Shown: positions 11,687 through 22,304, counted from the stretch's first letter. The stretch: DNA of 64,000 nt from Arcobacteraceae bacterium (GCA_965224485.1 CBDCZH010000019.1:1-64000), one strand, 5' to 3'. The notes: generated by a model from the letters alone, not told the origin. A program made the numbers and translations.

Positions 11687-13102
11687 TTGAAAAAATTATT
11701 AATTGAATTTAAAAATGTTGCTTTAGTAAAAGAAATTGAATCTCCTGAGAATCCAGGTGCTCTTGAAAAAAGAGTTGCTTTAATACCAAAAGATGTTGCT
11801 TTATTAACACAATCAGGAGTTAAAATCTTTGTTGAATATGGAGCTGGTGAAGGTGTTGGTTTTAAAGATGAAGAGTATATATCAAGTGGTGCTGTAATGC
11901 AAAAAGAAAATGAAATATATAAAAACAAAGATATGATTATTAAATTCAAAGGGCCCTCTTTAGAATCTATTTCACAAATGCAAAAAAACTGTACACTATT
12001 TTGTATGGCACACTTTGACTCTTTTCCTGCAAGAGCTAAAATGCTTCAAGATAAGCAAATAAATGTTATTGCTATGGAAGAAATTTTAGAATCTCCAAAA
12101 GTTCAAACAGATGAAGAAATTTTAGCAAGAACAGGAATGAGTGAAGCATTAAAAGAATTTGTTAAAGATGAAAGTATTAAAGATTTACGAATATTTGTAA
12201 TTGATAGAAATGAAAGATTAGCAGGAGCTGTAAGAAGAGCAGGAAATAGAAATCCAAAATCTCTTAATATGTTACAAGCTAATATTACTATTGAAGAATT
12301 AGAATATTTTGGAAAAAATACTTTATACTTTTATGATAGTGAAAGTTTTAAAGATACAAATAATTTAATTACTAAACTTAAAAATAAAGATTGTAATATT
12401 TTTGATTTACATGATTTTGAGGAAAAAAATGCAAAAGAAGAAATTGCAAAATATAGAAAAGAGCATATTCCTTTTGAGTTTGGATTAAGAAGAATTCAAT
12501 GTTTACATGTAACAGGACAAGCTGGGGCTAGATATGGTATTAAACTTCTAAAAGACAATAAACCAAAATTAGATATAACTAAAGCTAAAGTTGTTGTATT
12601 AGGTTATGGAAATGTAGCTAGAGGTGCTATGCATGAGATATATAATCAAGGTATCAAAAATATTAATATCTTAGGTCGTACACAAACAGCAGAAAATAGA
12701 ATTGAAGAATATTTAGAAGGTGTTGATTTAGTAATAAATGGAGCAGAATTACCAAAAGAAATAAGAGGTAAAGTTTATTTAATTAGCAATGATCACTTAA
12801 AAAGAGTAGTTCCTAAAAACTCAGTTGTAATTGATTTAGTAGGTGGAAGCGAAACAAATAGAAGTGCAGTAGAGGCTGTTTTAGCTTGTACTTTTTTAAC
12901 TAAAGCACATTTTGTTAAAGAAGAAGTTACTGTTTCTGCATTATGGGGTTGGCCTATGTTAGGAATGATGAAAGAGAGTGCTATTAAATATTCAAGTCAA
13001 ATTGTAGATGTATTAATTACAAGAGAGAAAATAATAGAAGGTTTAGATACTTTACCAAGTGGGGTAAAAAGAGCCTTGGTTTGTGGTCCATTTAAAGAAT
13101 AA
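11687..13102 (+). CDS. Alanine dehydrogenase/PNT-superfamily NAD(P)-dependent oxidoreductase with a large central insert
   Basis: AlaDh/PNT N-domain (EKRVALIP..VEYGAGEGVGFKDEEY), Rossmann motif VVVLGYGNVARGA. Start moved to TTG 11687 after an AAAAGGA RBS. Confidence 0.7.
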   Translation: MKKLLIEFKNVALVKEIESPENPGALEKRVALIPKDVALLTQSGVKIFVEYGAGEGVGFKDEEYISSGAVMQKENEIYKNKDMIIKFKGPSLESISQMQKNCTLFCMAHFDSFPARAKMLQDKQINVIAMEEILESPKVQTDEEILARTGMSEALKEFVKDESIKDLRIFVIDRNERLAGAVRRAGNRNPKSLNMLQANITIEELEYFGKNTLYFYDSESFKDTNNLITKLKNKDCNIFDLHDFEEKNAKEEIAKYRKEHIPFEFGLRRIQCLHVTGQAGARYGIKLLKDNKPKLDITKAKVVVLGYGNVARGAMHEIYNQGIKNINILGRTQTAENRIEEYLEGVDLVINGAELPKEIRGKVYLISNDHLKRVVPKNSVVIDLVGGSETNRSAVEAVLACTFLTKAHFVKEEVTVSALWGWPMLGMMKESAIKYSSQIVDVLITREKIIEGLDTLPSGVKRALVCGPFKE

Positions 13103-13143
13103 AATTAAGTACTTAAATATATAACACTAAATTTTTATTAAAA

Positions 13144-13170
13144 AAAGATAAGAGTTAAACTCTTATCTTT
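13144..13170. terminator. Bidirectional terminator-like hairpin
   Basis: AAAGATAAGAGTT-A-AACTCTTATCTTT between convergent genes. Confidence 0.7.
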
Positions 13171-13188
13171 AAAATAGATTTTCTTAGT

Positions 13189-15291
13189 TTAAAAACTATA
13201 TTTTGCTCCAATTCCAATAAATCTACCTTCTCCAAAAGTGATAAATTTTGATACAACTTGATCAGCACTTAAAACATACTCTTCATCTGTCATATTTTTT
13301 ACATAAGCATATATATCTAAGTTATCAAAAAGGTAACCAATTTTGGCATTTGCTATAGTGTATGGTTTATCTTTATACTTATTATTATCATCAAAGTAAA
13401 TTTCTCCCCTATTTTCTATATTAAATATAGAGTAAAAACCATCTGGATTATAATACGAAACTCCCATATTTAAACTATGAGAAGCTGTTCCTTCTATTTT
13501 TTTACCTTCAGCATTTTTATTGGAATTTTCATCATAAATAGCATTTATTATTCCTAAAGAAGAATTAAACGTCCAGTTTTGAGCAAAATTATAACCAATT
13601 TCTAATTCAAAACCTTTAGAATGCGCTTTTCCTTCATTTGAAGCATACATCGCACCAACTAAAGGATCATATCTAAAAACATGAACATCAATTATGTCCA
13701 TATAAAAGATTGTAGCTGCTAAACTTAATGTATTATTTAAAGTTGTACCTTTAATTCCAAACTCATAATTTATAGATTTTTGTGGTTCAAAACTATTATC
13801 TTTTATCGTTCCCCTAGCAGCAAAATCATTATAGCCCCCAGGAGTATAACCTTTTGCAATACTAAAATAAGAAGTAAAGTCATCATTTACCTTATAAGAA
13901 AGTGCTATTTTAGGTAAAAAATCATTCCATGTTTTTGATTCATCTAAAGTATAAGCAGAAGGTCCACTCATACCAATTGGTAAATAAAAGAATTCAGAAT
14001 TAAAAGATTTTTTAATTCTTTGATATCTTCCTCCTAGGGTTAATTCAAAATCACTTAAAAAAGGAAGAACCACTTGACCAAAAGCAGCTATAGTATTATT
14101 TCTTGCCTTTGAGACTGAATTCATTTTAATATTAACCCCTCCTCCAAAAGGAGAGCCATGTTGCACACCAGGTATTTCTGCTGAATATTCATCATTATTG
14201 AAATTTTCTTTTTCATAATAAACACCAGCTACCCATCTATTATTGTTTTTGTCCTTATTTGAAATTCTAAACTCTTGTGTAAAAGTTTTTGCATTAGAGT
14301 CTTGTACATCATATAAGCCCAGATGTAGAGCTCTATTTGCTCTATCAGTATCATTTTGAAAGTCAATATCAGTTTTTTTATTTGTTGTTATTGAGGTTAA
14401 AAGATAATCATCAAGTTTATAATTTATACGAATAGCCTGTGAATTAGATTTTGTCTTAGTATAAGTATCCATTTCATAATTAGCATCTTTAAAATCATCT
14501 TTTTTATACTTATATATTTTTTTAGTAAAATCAATTGCTCCACCATTAATACCATATTGATTATCTTTATATTTTGATATATTAAATTTTGCTTCAAGAT
14601 TATCACTTATTTTATAATTCAAATTTAAATTATATTTATAATTTTCTAATCGGTTTGCATCATTATCTTGATTAGCATTATGATTTGTTATCCATCCTTT
14701 ATCTTCAATAAAATCACCATTTACTCCAAAGTATAGTTTTTCTTTAATTAAAGGACCACTTACATTAAAAAAAGCTCTTTTAGAAGAATTTGAACCAATC
14801 TCGGAACCTACAAAACCTTCAATATAATCTGAGGGAGTTTTTGTAACTATATTAATTACTCCTCCAATTGAAGTTTTTCCATATAAAGTAGATTGAGGTC
14901 CACGTAAGATTTCAACTCTTTGAACATTTACAAAAGAAGCATCAAATCCAAACATACTACTTTGTGGTATTCCATCAATATATATTACAATAGGATTATT
15001 ATGAGTAAATAAAGATAAGTTTATTCCTCTAAAATTTACATTTTCTGCATAAACATGAGATGATCTTAAATTTGGTATCTCTTTAATAAGTGCCCTTATA
15101 CTTGATATTCCTTTTTCTTCTAGTTCTATATCACTTAGAACTGTTATACTTTGAGGAATATTCTTAATACTCTCTTCCATTTTATTAGCACTTACAATTA
15201 CATCATCTAAAGAGATAATCTTTTTATCAGAACTAAATAATACTGTACACCCTAGTACAATAACTAGTGCAAATCTTGCCACTATTTTCAT
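13189..15291 (-). CDS. TonB-dependent (siderophore-type) outer membrane receptor
   Basis: Signal peptide, TonB box (DDVIVSA), plug motif RVEILRGPQSTLYG...GGVINIVT, C-terminal YSF. Confidence 0.9.
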   Translation of the reverse strand: MKIVARFALVIVLGCTVLFSSDKKIISLDDVIVSANKMEESIKNIPQSITVLSDIELEEKGISSIRALIKEIPNLRSSHVYAENVNFRGINLSLFTHNNPIVIYIDGIPQSSMFGFDASFVNVQRVEILRGPQSTLYGKTSIGGVINIVTKTPSDYIEGFVGSEIGSNSSKRAFFNVSGPLIKEKLYFGVNGDFIEDKGWITNHNANQDNDANRLENYKYNLNLNYKISDNLEAKFNISKYKDNQYGINGGAIDFTKKIYKYKKDDFKDANYEMDTYTKTKSNSQAIRINYKLDDYLLTSITTNKKTDIDFQNDTDRANRALHLGLYDVQDSNAKTFTQEFRISNKDKNNNRWVAGVYYEKENFNNDEYSAEIPGVQHGSPFGGGVNIKMNSVSKARNNTIAAFGQVVLPFLSDFELTLGGRYQRIKKSFNSEFFYLPIGMSGPSAYTLDESKTWNDFLPKIALSYKVNDDFTSYFSIAKGYTPGGYNDFAARGTIKDNSFEPQKSINYEFGIKGTTLNNTLSLAATIFYMDIIDVHVFRYDPLVGAMYASNEGKAHSKGFELEIGYNFAQNWTFNSSLGIINAIYDENSNKNAEGKKIEGTASHSLNMGVSYYNPDGFYSIFNIENRGEIYFDDNNKYKDKPYTIANAKIGYLFDNLDIYAYVKNMTDEEYVLSADQVVSKFITFGEGRFIGIGAKYSF

Positions 15292-15323
15292 TATGTTTTC
15301 CTTTAATTTGTTTTACAGTATAA

Positions 15324-15338
15324 TGATACCAATTATCA
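15324..15338. promoter_or_regulatory. Putative Fur box
   Basis: TGATACC-A-ATTATCA against the 7-1-7 consensus TGATAAT-N-ATTATCA, between the divergent TonB receptor and AraC genes. Confidence 0.65.
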
Positions 15339-15397
15339 ATAATCCTTGCAATATCATTTTTAATTTATCAGTATTATTTTTTAGCAAAAGGAAAGAA

Positions 15398-16375
15398 ATG
15401 TCATATAATTTGTCCGCAGAGGAAATAAATGAATTTATAACTTCTCCTGATCAAGATAATCAAGTAATTTATGAGTTACCTAAAAAGTTAGGATTTATAA
15501 AAAGTTCAAAAGAAATTTTAAATGAAGATATTCTTATATTTAAAAATAATATGGATATAAACTCAAGTTTAAAAATAAACTCAAAAATGAATGTATCAGG
15601 TCTTGTAATAACAATAATCACAAATGGTAATTTACTCAACAAAGATAATACAATAAACAAAGAAGAAAGTTTTAAAAAGAATCAAATAAATATTAAATAT
15701 ATAAACCAAAATGATAGTGAAATGATTTTTAATACTCCTACTAAATATGAAAGTATAGGAATTTTAATTAAAAATAATTTTTTAGAAAAATATTTATTTA
15801 ACAAAATAGATAATATTGAAGAAATAAAAAATAATTATAAACAAAATATTACAAGCAGTATTTACTCAAATGACAAAAATCAAAATAGTATTTTTCTTGC
15901 AAAAGAAATTATAAATTCGCCTTTTAATCAAGACCTTCAATCACTTTTTTTACAAAGTAAAGTATATGAAATTATTTATAACCAATTTTCTAATATTCTA
16001 AGCTTAGATAAAAAAAAAGATACTCACGAGATAAAATTAACACAAGATGATTTAAATGCTTTATATAAAGCAAAAGAAATTATAGAAACGACAGATAATG
16101 TTTTAAATATAACAAAACTATCTAAATTAGTTGTTATAAATGAATTTAAATTAAAATATGGATTTAAAAAACTTTTCAATTGTTCCCCTGGAGCTATGAT
16201 ATTAAATCAAAAAATGAACAAAGCAAAAGAGCTCTTGCAGACAAGTGAACTAAGTATTGAAGAAATATCTTCAAAAATTGGTTATAAATATCAACAAAGT
16301 TTTACAGTAGCATTTATAAAACACTTTGGTTTAAGACCAAAAGATATAATGAAAAATAGAAAGTACTACTATTAA
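15398..16375 (+). CDS. AraC-family regulator (PchR/YbtA-like)
   Basis: C-terminal AraC HTH (INEFKLKYGFKKLF...IGYKYQQSFTVAFIKHFG). Start moved to ATG 15398 after AAGGA. Confidence 0.85.
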   Translation: MSYNLSAEEINEFITSPDQDNQVIYELPKKLGFIKSSKEILNEDILIFKNNMDINSSLKINSKMNVSGLVITIITNGNLLNKDNTINKEESFKKNQINIKYINQNDSEMIFNTPTKYESIGILIKNNFLEKYLFNKIDNIEEIKNNYKQNITSSIYSNDKNQNSIFLAKEIINSPFNQDLQSLFLQSKVYEIIYNQFSNILSLDKKKDTHEIKLTQDDLNALYKAKEIIETTDNVLNITKLSKLVVINEFKLKYGFKKLFNCSPGAMILNQKMNKAKELLQTSELSIEEISSKIGYKYQQSFTVAFIKHFGLRPKDIMKNRKYYY

Positions 16376-16422
16376 ATAATACTCAATATCTACTATAAAA
16401 TAAATAGCAAACTATTCTATAA

Positions 16423-18374
16423 CTAAGAATTATATTCATTTTTTATTTTTAAAATCCCATCTATATTAGCTATTAAAGTATCAACTAACAAAGGATCAAA
16501 AGATTTATTTTTTTCATTTGTAATAAACTCTAGTACTGCTTCAAGACTCCAAGCTTTTTTATAGACTCTATCATGGCTTAGAGCATCAAAAACATCTGCT
16601 AGAGCTGTTATTCGTCCATAAATACTTATATTTTTGCCTTTTAAACCTTGTGGATATCCAGAACCATCATATTTTTCATGATGTTCATGAGAGATTATAG
16701 CTGCTGTTTGAAGAATTTTGTATTTTGACTTATAAAAAACTTCATAACCTATTTGTGCATGAGTTTTCATAATCTCCATTTCAGAGTCACTTAACTTTCC
16801 TGGTTTTAAAAGGATATCATCTGGAATTGCAACTTTTCCAATATCATGCATAGGACTTGCCATTTTAAGCAAATTAATCTCTTCAACTTCTAAGCCATAT
16901 TCTTTTGCAATAAGTTCAGAATATAGGGCAACTCTTCGTACATGATGACCTGTCTCTTTTGAACGTAATTCACCTAATTCTCCAAGAGTAAATAAAATTT
17001 CTTTTTGCGTACTTATAATATTTTGTTCAATTTTAATTAATTCTGTAATATTTGTTCTAATACTTAAGTATTCTATAATCTCATTATTAGAGTCTAAAAT
17101 AGGCATAATCATTGAATTTACATAATATGAAGTTCCATCTTTTGCCCTATTTTCAACCTGACCTCTCCAGATTTTTTTATTCTTTATAGTTTTCCACATA
17201 TGAGTAAACACACTTTTCTTCATATTTTCATGTCTTACGATATTGTGATTTTTTCCTATTAATTCTTTTCTTGAATATTTTGAAATATCACAAAATTGTT
17301 TATTCACATAAGTTATTATTCCTTTAGTATTTGCTTTTGATACAATTGAGCTAATATCCATTGCTATTTTATACTGCTTTAATAATAAAGTAGACTCTTT
17401 TATTTCTTTATCTTTATTTTTCTCAAAACTAATATCTTGAATATTTGCAATAAGTATTTTTTTATTAGAATTAATTTGTTCATTTATTCCAAAAGAGATT
17501 CTAATTGGAAAGATATCACCATTTTTTCTTTTTGCAAATAATTCTAAAACTCTTTTACTATTTTTTAAAAAATTAGTTTTAAAATAAGCATTTAATACCT
17601 TATTGTATCTGTCATGATACATAGAAGGAATAATACTTAATAAAGATTTTTCACCTATCATTTCTTCTTTTGAATAAAAAAATATTTTTTCTGCTGATTT
17701 ATTAAAGGTTTTAACTTTTAAATCAATTCCAAAAGCTACTATAGCATTTGTATTTGATTCAATTATTATATTAGAATAATCTTTTTCATCTGTTATCTCT
17801 TTTTCTCTTCTTCAAACTTTTTATTAGCTGGATGAAGAATAAAAAAACCAATACCTAAAATAGTAAAAAGTGTAAATACAAGTATATATAATTCAACGTT
17901 TTTAATTTCTTGAATTTTATTTTCAGACTCTACTTGATATAAAAAAGTAATATCATCAAACTCTTTTAATAAAAGATTAGAGTGCTTTTTAATATATATT
18001 AAATCCTTAGCTTTGATTTCTTTTTGTATTTTTTTTACATAAGTTATGTAAGCATTAACTCTTTTATCAAGGTTTATTTTTTTTCCAAAATAAATATTAT
18101 TTACTTCTTTACTCATAGGTAAAGAAATTAAAAATTTATGTGAATCATTCATAATATTTATATTTAAAGCAAGTTCATTTATTTTAAATGTCAGTACATT
18201 ATTATAGATTTTTTGGCTTAACATTCTTTGTTTACCACTTAAATTGATAGTCTTACTATCTTTTACTTGCAGATTTATAAGTCCACTTAGGTTTATATAA
18301 ACTAAGATAGAGAGCAAAGCAAGTAAAGCTAAAGCGAAAATATATTGTTTTCTAAAGAGTGATATTTTTTTAAT
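16423..18374 (-). pseudogene. PilJ/NarX-like sensor + PAS-PAS + HD-GYP phosphodiesterase, split by one frameshift near 17795-17810
   Basis: The 17793-18317 ORF has INLSGKQRMLSQK and two TMs. The shifted frame continues TDEKDYSNIIIESNTNAIVAFG..FNKSAEKIF directly into the 16423-17661 ORF (PAS, HDIGK, HHEKYDGSGYP). May be an assembly error. Confidence 0.75.
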
Positions 18375-18453
18375 CTTAAGTCCTTCTAAAAAAAGAAAAA
18401 ATAAGTTATTTATTGTAAAATTTTAATGTTTTTTACTTATTTAAACTATTTTA

Positions 18454-18528
18454 TGGTGATCACGGGCAGATTTGAACTGCCGACCACTTCGATGTCAACG
18501 AAGCACTCTACCACTGAGTTACGCGATC
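18454..18528 (-). tRNA. tRNA-Val(GAC)
   Basis: Full cloverleaf GATCGCG...CTTCG-TTGACAT-CGAAG...GGCAGTTCAAATCTGCC-CGTGATC-A-CCA. Confidence 0.95.
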
Positions 18529-18807
18529 ATTTTATAATTGTAATTAAAAATAATAAATAATAAATCTAAAAGATAGTACTACTTTAATACTTTATTTTTT
18601 TTTAATTTTTGATTATTTATGTAATTAAAGAAATTAACTTTGATTTTCACTTAATTTACACTTATAAATGCTTTCTCATTTAGATAAAAGTATCATATTT
18701 TAAAAAAGCAATTAAATAAATAGAATTACTGTTTATTCTTACTTCTTTAATATCAATCTAATTGTGTTTTGTTAAAATAATTTACTCAAGTATTAAATAA
18801 GGAAAAT

Positions 18808-19776
18808 ATGAAGACGTATAAATCAGCTTTTGGTCTTAAAAACAAACATTTACAAACACTTTATTCCTCATTTTTTAGAAAAGCAGAAAGATTAGACTTT
18901 GAAATAGAAAGATTTATTTTGAGTGATAAAGATTTTTTAGAAGCATATTGGATAAATAAAACAAAAGGCAAGGAAGAGAAACCAATAGTTATTGTCTATC
19001 ATGGTTTACAAGGTTCTTATACTTCACCTTATATAAATGGTATTATGAATGCCCTAGAAAACTCAAACTTTACTTGTGTTCTTATGCACTTTAGATCTTG
19101 TAGTGGAAAAATGAATAATAACTTAGGCTCTTATCATAGTGGGCAAACACAAGATGCAAGAGAGTTTATAAAAAGTGTAAAAACAAGATTTCCCAACAGC
19201 GATTTATTTGCAATAGGATACTCTTTGGGTGGAAATATTCTTATAAAACTCTTAGGAGAAGATAAAAAAGATTGCCTTTTAAAAGCAGCCCTTAGTATTT
19301 GTGCACCTTTGGATTTAGGTATTTGTGCAGATGCAATATCAAAGGGGTTTTCAAAATTTTATGAATATATTATTTTAAGAACATTAAAAAAAGACCTTTT
19401 ATTAAAGTATGAAGAATATGATGTAGAAAATATTACTTCTTTAAAAAAGAAAGATGTTTCAAAAATCAAAACTATAAGAGAATTTGATGAGAAACATACC
19501 TCAAAAATTTTTAATTTTAATACTTCAAACAACTATTATAAACTTTCAAGTTCAAAGCAATATTTAAAAGATATTAGAATTAAAACTCTAATAATTCACT
19601 CCCTTGATGATCCTTTTATGCACAAAGATATTATTCCAACAAAGAGTGAGTTATCTTCTTTTATTAGCTTAGAAGTATATGCGAACGATGGACATATTGG
19701 TTTTATTTCTGGTAGTATTATTAAGCCTGTTTATTGGTTAGATTCAAAAATAATAGAATTTTTTAAAACTTCTTAA
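18808..19776 (+). CDS. YheT-family alpha/beta hydrolase
   Basis: NKHLQT, HGLQGS, YHSG, GYSLGG nucleophile, DDPF, GHIGF. Confidence 0.85.
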   Translation: MKTYKSAFGLKNKHLQTLYSSFFRKAERLDFEIERFILSDKDFLEAYWINKTKGKEEKPIVIVYHGLQGSYTSPYINGIMNALENSNFTCVLMHFRSCSGKMNNNLGSYHSGQTQDAREFIKSVKTRFPNSDLFAIGYSLGGNILIKLLGEDKKDCLLKAALSICAPLDLGICADAISKGFSKFYEYIILRTLKKDLLLKYEEYDVENITSLKKKDVSKIKTIREFDEKHTSKIFNFNTSNNYYKLSSSKQYLKDIRIKTLIIHSLDDPFMHKDIIPTKSELSSFISLEVYANDGHIGFISGSIIKPVYWLDSKIIEFFKTS

Positions 19777-19825
19777 ATTTATATTTAAGATAAGAATATC
19801 ATCTTTTTAAATAAATAATATTATG

Positions 19826-19894
19826 ATATAATAGTTGATATATTAACTATTATATGTATTTTTAGCTATTAATAGTTGAAATACCAACTATTAA
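19826..19894. repeat. Pair of related palindromes (AATAGTTG-N6-YAACTATT)
   Basis: ATATAATAGTT/AACTATTATAT (19826-19855) and TTAATAGTTG/CAACTATTAA (19869-19894). Confidence 0.6.
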
Positions 19895-19987
19895 AAAATA
19901 AAATTTATATCTTAAAATGATATTTGAATAAAAATTTATTAATATTCTCTATGCAGTTCTTTTAACTAAAATTTATATTAATAAAAT

Positions 19988-20372
19988 AAAAGATAATTAT
20001 GTAAAAGTACAATATATTTATTAGTTTATTTATTAAAATAGTTTTAACTAACTGGCTTTTGCTCTTGTAAACTTTCAGTTCCCGCTCTTTCCCCTACAGG
20101 ATTGTATCGCTATGCTCAGGCATCTTCTTTTGCCAAAAAGAAGAAACAAGAAAGTGTCTACGGTTTCGGAGGTCTTCGACTACCTAAAGTTTTTTTATTA
20201 ATTTACTTAAAAATAAGAACTCATTAAAATATGCTCCCAGCATATTTATTCACATTCAAACAATTATTTTTGGGTTACGTAAAGAAATAAAAAAACTTTA
20301 GCTCCTGCAAATGTAGCAATCAACGGAATAATCTTTTGTCTACTTCGTAGATATAGTTTTAATACATATTTA
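19988..20372 (+). repeat. Structured repeat, type A, copy 1 (core about 20050-20370)
   Basis: Core starts AACTGGCTTTTGCTCTTGTAAACTTTCAGTTCCCGCT and ends GGAATAATCTTTTGTCTACTTCGTAGATATAGTTT; homologous to copies at 23.4-24.4 kb. Strand is an arbitrary reference orientation. Confidence 0.85.
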
Positions 20373-20436
20373 TTAAGAAACTATTATTTAGGTTTAATAT
20401 TTTCACTAAAATTATTAAAATACTGAGATTTATTGA

Positions 20437-20612
20437 TTTTGTGACACAAACTGTGACAGCTTTTCAATATACTCATACAAAGTTAATTTCATTTATTAAG
20501 AGACATTATCTATTTTAGCCTCATATTTGTTTATTGTAGACATTTTCTACAAATTAAAATAGATTTTGAAGATAAGAGTACATTTTAAATGTCTACTAAT
20601 AAATAGTTAGCT
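20437..20612 (+). promoter_or_regulatory. Promoter + attI-like platform 1
   Basis: TTTTGTGACACAAACTGTGACA-N9-TATACT, GACATT/AATGTC motifs and AATAAATAG|TTAGCT; homologous to 24474-24780. Confidence 0.55.
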
Positions 20613-20629
20613 GATAAAGGAATATCAAA

Positions 20630-21034
20630 ATGAGTTTAGATTCAGAAGTTGAAGAGATAAGGAAAAGTGATAATTTATCTGTAACAGAAAGACTAGATAA
20701 AATATCAATGTTATATGTCAGTGAAAATTATACTATCGGTTCAAAAACGGAAAATCAATTACAAATGATTAGAAAAAAAACATTTAGTTTTTTATGGTCA
20801 TTTTTATGGTTTTTGATTTTTGGATTTGGTCTGATAATATATGTTCTTTATTATCTATCTAAAAAAGATAAAATATACACAATAACCTATCCAAGAAAAG
20901 AGAAAGAAATTAAGCAAGAATTAGGAAGTGTGGCAGATGAGATTAAAAAATTATCTGAATTATTAGAACAAAATATACTTACAAAAGATGAATTTGAAAT
21001 ACAAAAGAATCTGATATTAACAAGAAATATCTAA
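20630..21034 (+). CDS. Small membrane protein with C-terminal SHOCT domain (putative cassette gene)
   Basis: TM hairpin FLWSFLWFLIFGFGLIIYVLYY; SHOCT-like ADEIKKLSELLEQNILTKDEFEIQK; AAAGGA RBS. Confidence 0.75.
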   Translation: MSLDSEVEEIRKSDNLSVTERLDKISMLYVSENYTIGSKTENQLQMIRKKTFSFLWSFLWFLIFGFGLIIYVLYYLSKKDKIYTITYPRKEKEIKQELGSVADEIKKLSELLEQNILTKDEFEIQKNLILTRNI

Positions 21035-21077
21035 TAACTCTTAGAAATTTAGAGGACTAAAACTACACCTCTGAGAT

Positions 21078-21126
21078 GGAATAATCTTTTGTCTACTTCG
21101 TAGATATAGTTTTGATGCATATTTAT
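21078..21126 (+). repeat. Structured repeat type A, terminal fragment
   Basis: GGAATAATCTTTTGTCTACTTCGTAGATATAGTTTT is identical to the end of copy 1. Confidence 0.85.
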
Positions 21127-21313
21127 AAATACATTTTTATATTGGGCATTTTGATTACTTGATCTTTTCCTGCCTTTGAGGAAGCCGAACGGTATTTTTT
21201 CTTTTCGGAAACCGCCCTAAACTGTGTGAACGTAAAAAAATGTGCTGGGAGCACATTTTAGTGAGTTGCCACCTTAAAATATAATAAAGTATTTACTGTT
21301 TTAAAAAGAAATT

Positions 21314-22285
21314 TTATCTTTTATTCACATCGAACCTTTCGTTATTTTTATATAAACTATGAGCTATTACTATCATCTTTCTCATAACTGCTATTTGAGC
21401 TACTGTGGTATGTTTACCATTTCCTTTTAGTCTTTCATAAAACTCTTTTAGTTTTTCATTTTTTTGTACTGCTACCATTACTGGCATAAACAGTGTTCCT
21501 CTACAAATCTTTGAGCCTGCTTTTGATATTCTTGTTTTACCTCGTACTGAAGTTCCTGAACTCTTTTCAATTGGATCAAGTCCGGCTAAAGAAACTATTT
21601 GTCTTTGGTTTGCATCTGGATATTGTAAAAAGTGATATATTAATATAATTGCTGATATTTGACCAATACCTACAATTGTTTGAATATTTAAAAATGATTG
21701 ATACAACTTTTTATCTTTTGAAAGATAAGTAAGTATCTTTTTAATTATTCGCTCTTCTTGTTTTTTTAAGAATTTATATTGTATTTCTAATTCTTTAAGT
21801 ACATAAGAAGAATCACTTTTTGCTTTCAACGAAGATGCATGATTTTTATTTTGTGTTTGTTGCTTAATAATTAGTTTATAACAGGTTATAGCTTCTTTAA
21901 TTGCTTCAACATTATCATTAATGATAGGAATCTTTATTTCTTCTTCTCTTGCAGTTATAATCATTTGTGAGAGCAATCTAGCATCTTCTATATCATTTTT
22001 GTTTCTATTTCCTATTACTTTTGCAAAGTTAGCACTTTTTTTAGGATTTACAATAAAACAATTAATATTTTTACTTGCACAAAATTTTGTTAAAGTAAAG
22101 GAGTAAGTACCTGTTGGCTCATATACAAAAACTAATTTATCAAACTCTTTTTTATATAGTTTTTTTAACTTTGAGTATAAGCTTTTAATTGATTTTAAAT
22201 CATTAGTAATTACTAAATCTAATTCATTAATAGGCACATAGATATTAATTGTTGACTTACTTACATCTAATCCGATAGAATACAT
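21314..22285 (-). CDS. IS110-family DEDD recombinase/transposase
   Basis: SIGLDVSK, YEPTGTY, KNDIEDA (DEDD RuvC fold); AGLDPIEKSSGTSVRGKTRISKAG (catalytic Ser motif); AVMRK. Confidence 0.95.
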   Translation of the reverse strand: MYSIGLDVSKSTINIYVPINELDLVITNDLKSIKSLYSKLKKLYKKEFDKLVFVYEPTGTYSFTLTKFCASKNINCFIVNPKKSANFAKVIGNRNKNDIEDARLLSQMIITAREEEIKIPIINDNVEAIKEAITCYKLIIKQQTQNKNHASSLKAKSDSSYVLKELEIQYKFLKKQEERIIKKILTYLSKDKKLYQSFLNIQTIVGIGQISAIILIYHFLQYPDANQRQIVSLAGLDPIEKSSGTSVRGKTRISKAGSKICRGTLFMPVMVAVQKNEKLKEFYERLKGNGKHTTVAQIAVMRKMIVIAHSLYKNNERFDVNKR

Positions 22286-22304
22286 ACTTGAACCTTTGTA
22301 TTAA

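Noticed and set aside
15293..15397. Longer ORF-track starts for AraC (15293), the AlaDH-like gene (11624) and ligA (30070)
   Set aside because: These extensions cover promoter/Fur-box DNA or overlap the upstream gene; downstream starts fit RBS position or homology better.
21029..21077. Complete attC after the SHOCT gene
   Set aside because: Only a decayed R''-like ATCTAAT and a short AGAGG/CCTCT stem remain before a repeat fragment; there is no R' box, so it is not listed as a feature.
21260..21272. AGTGAGTTGCCAC as an intact, uninterrupted target beside the IS
   Set aside because: It is better explained as the recombinant right junction (left donor + CT + right target), which accounts for all four guides.
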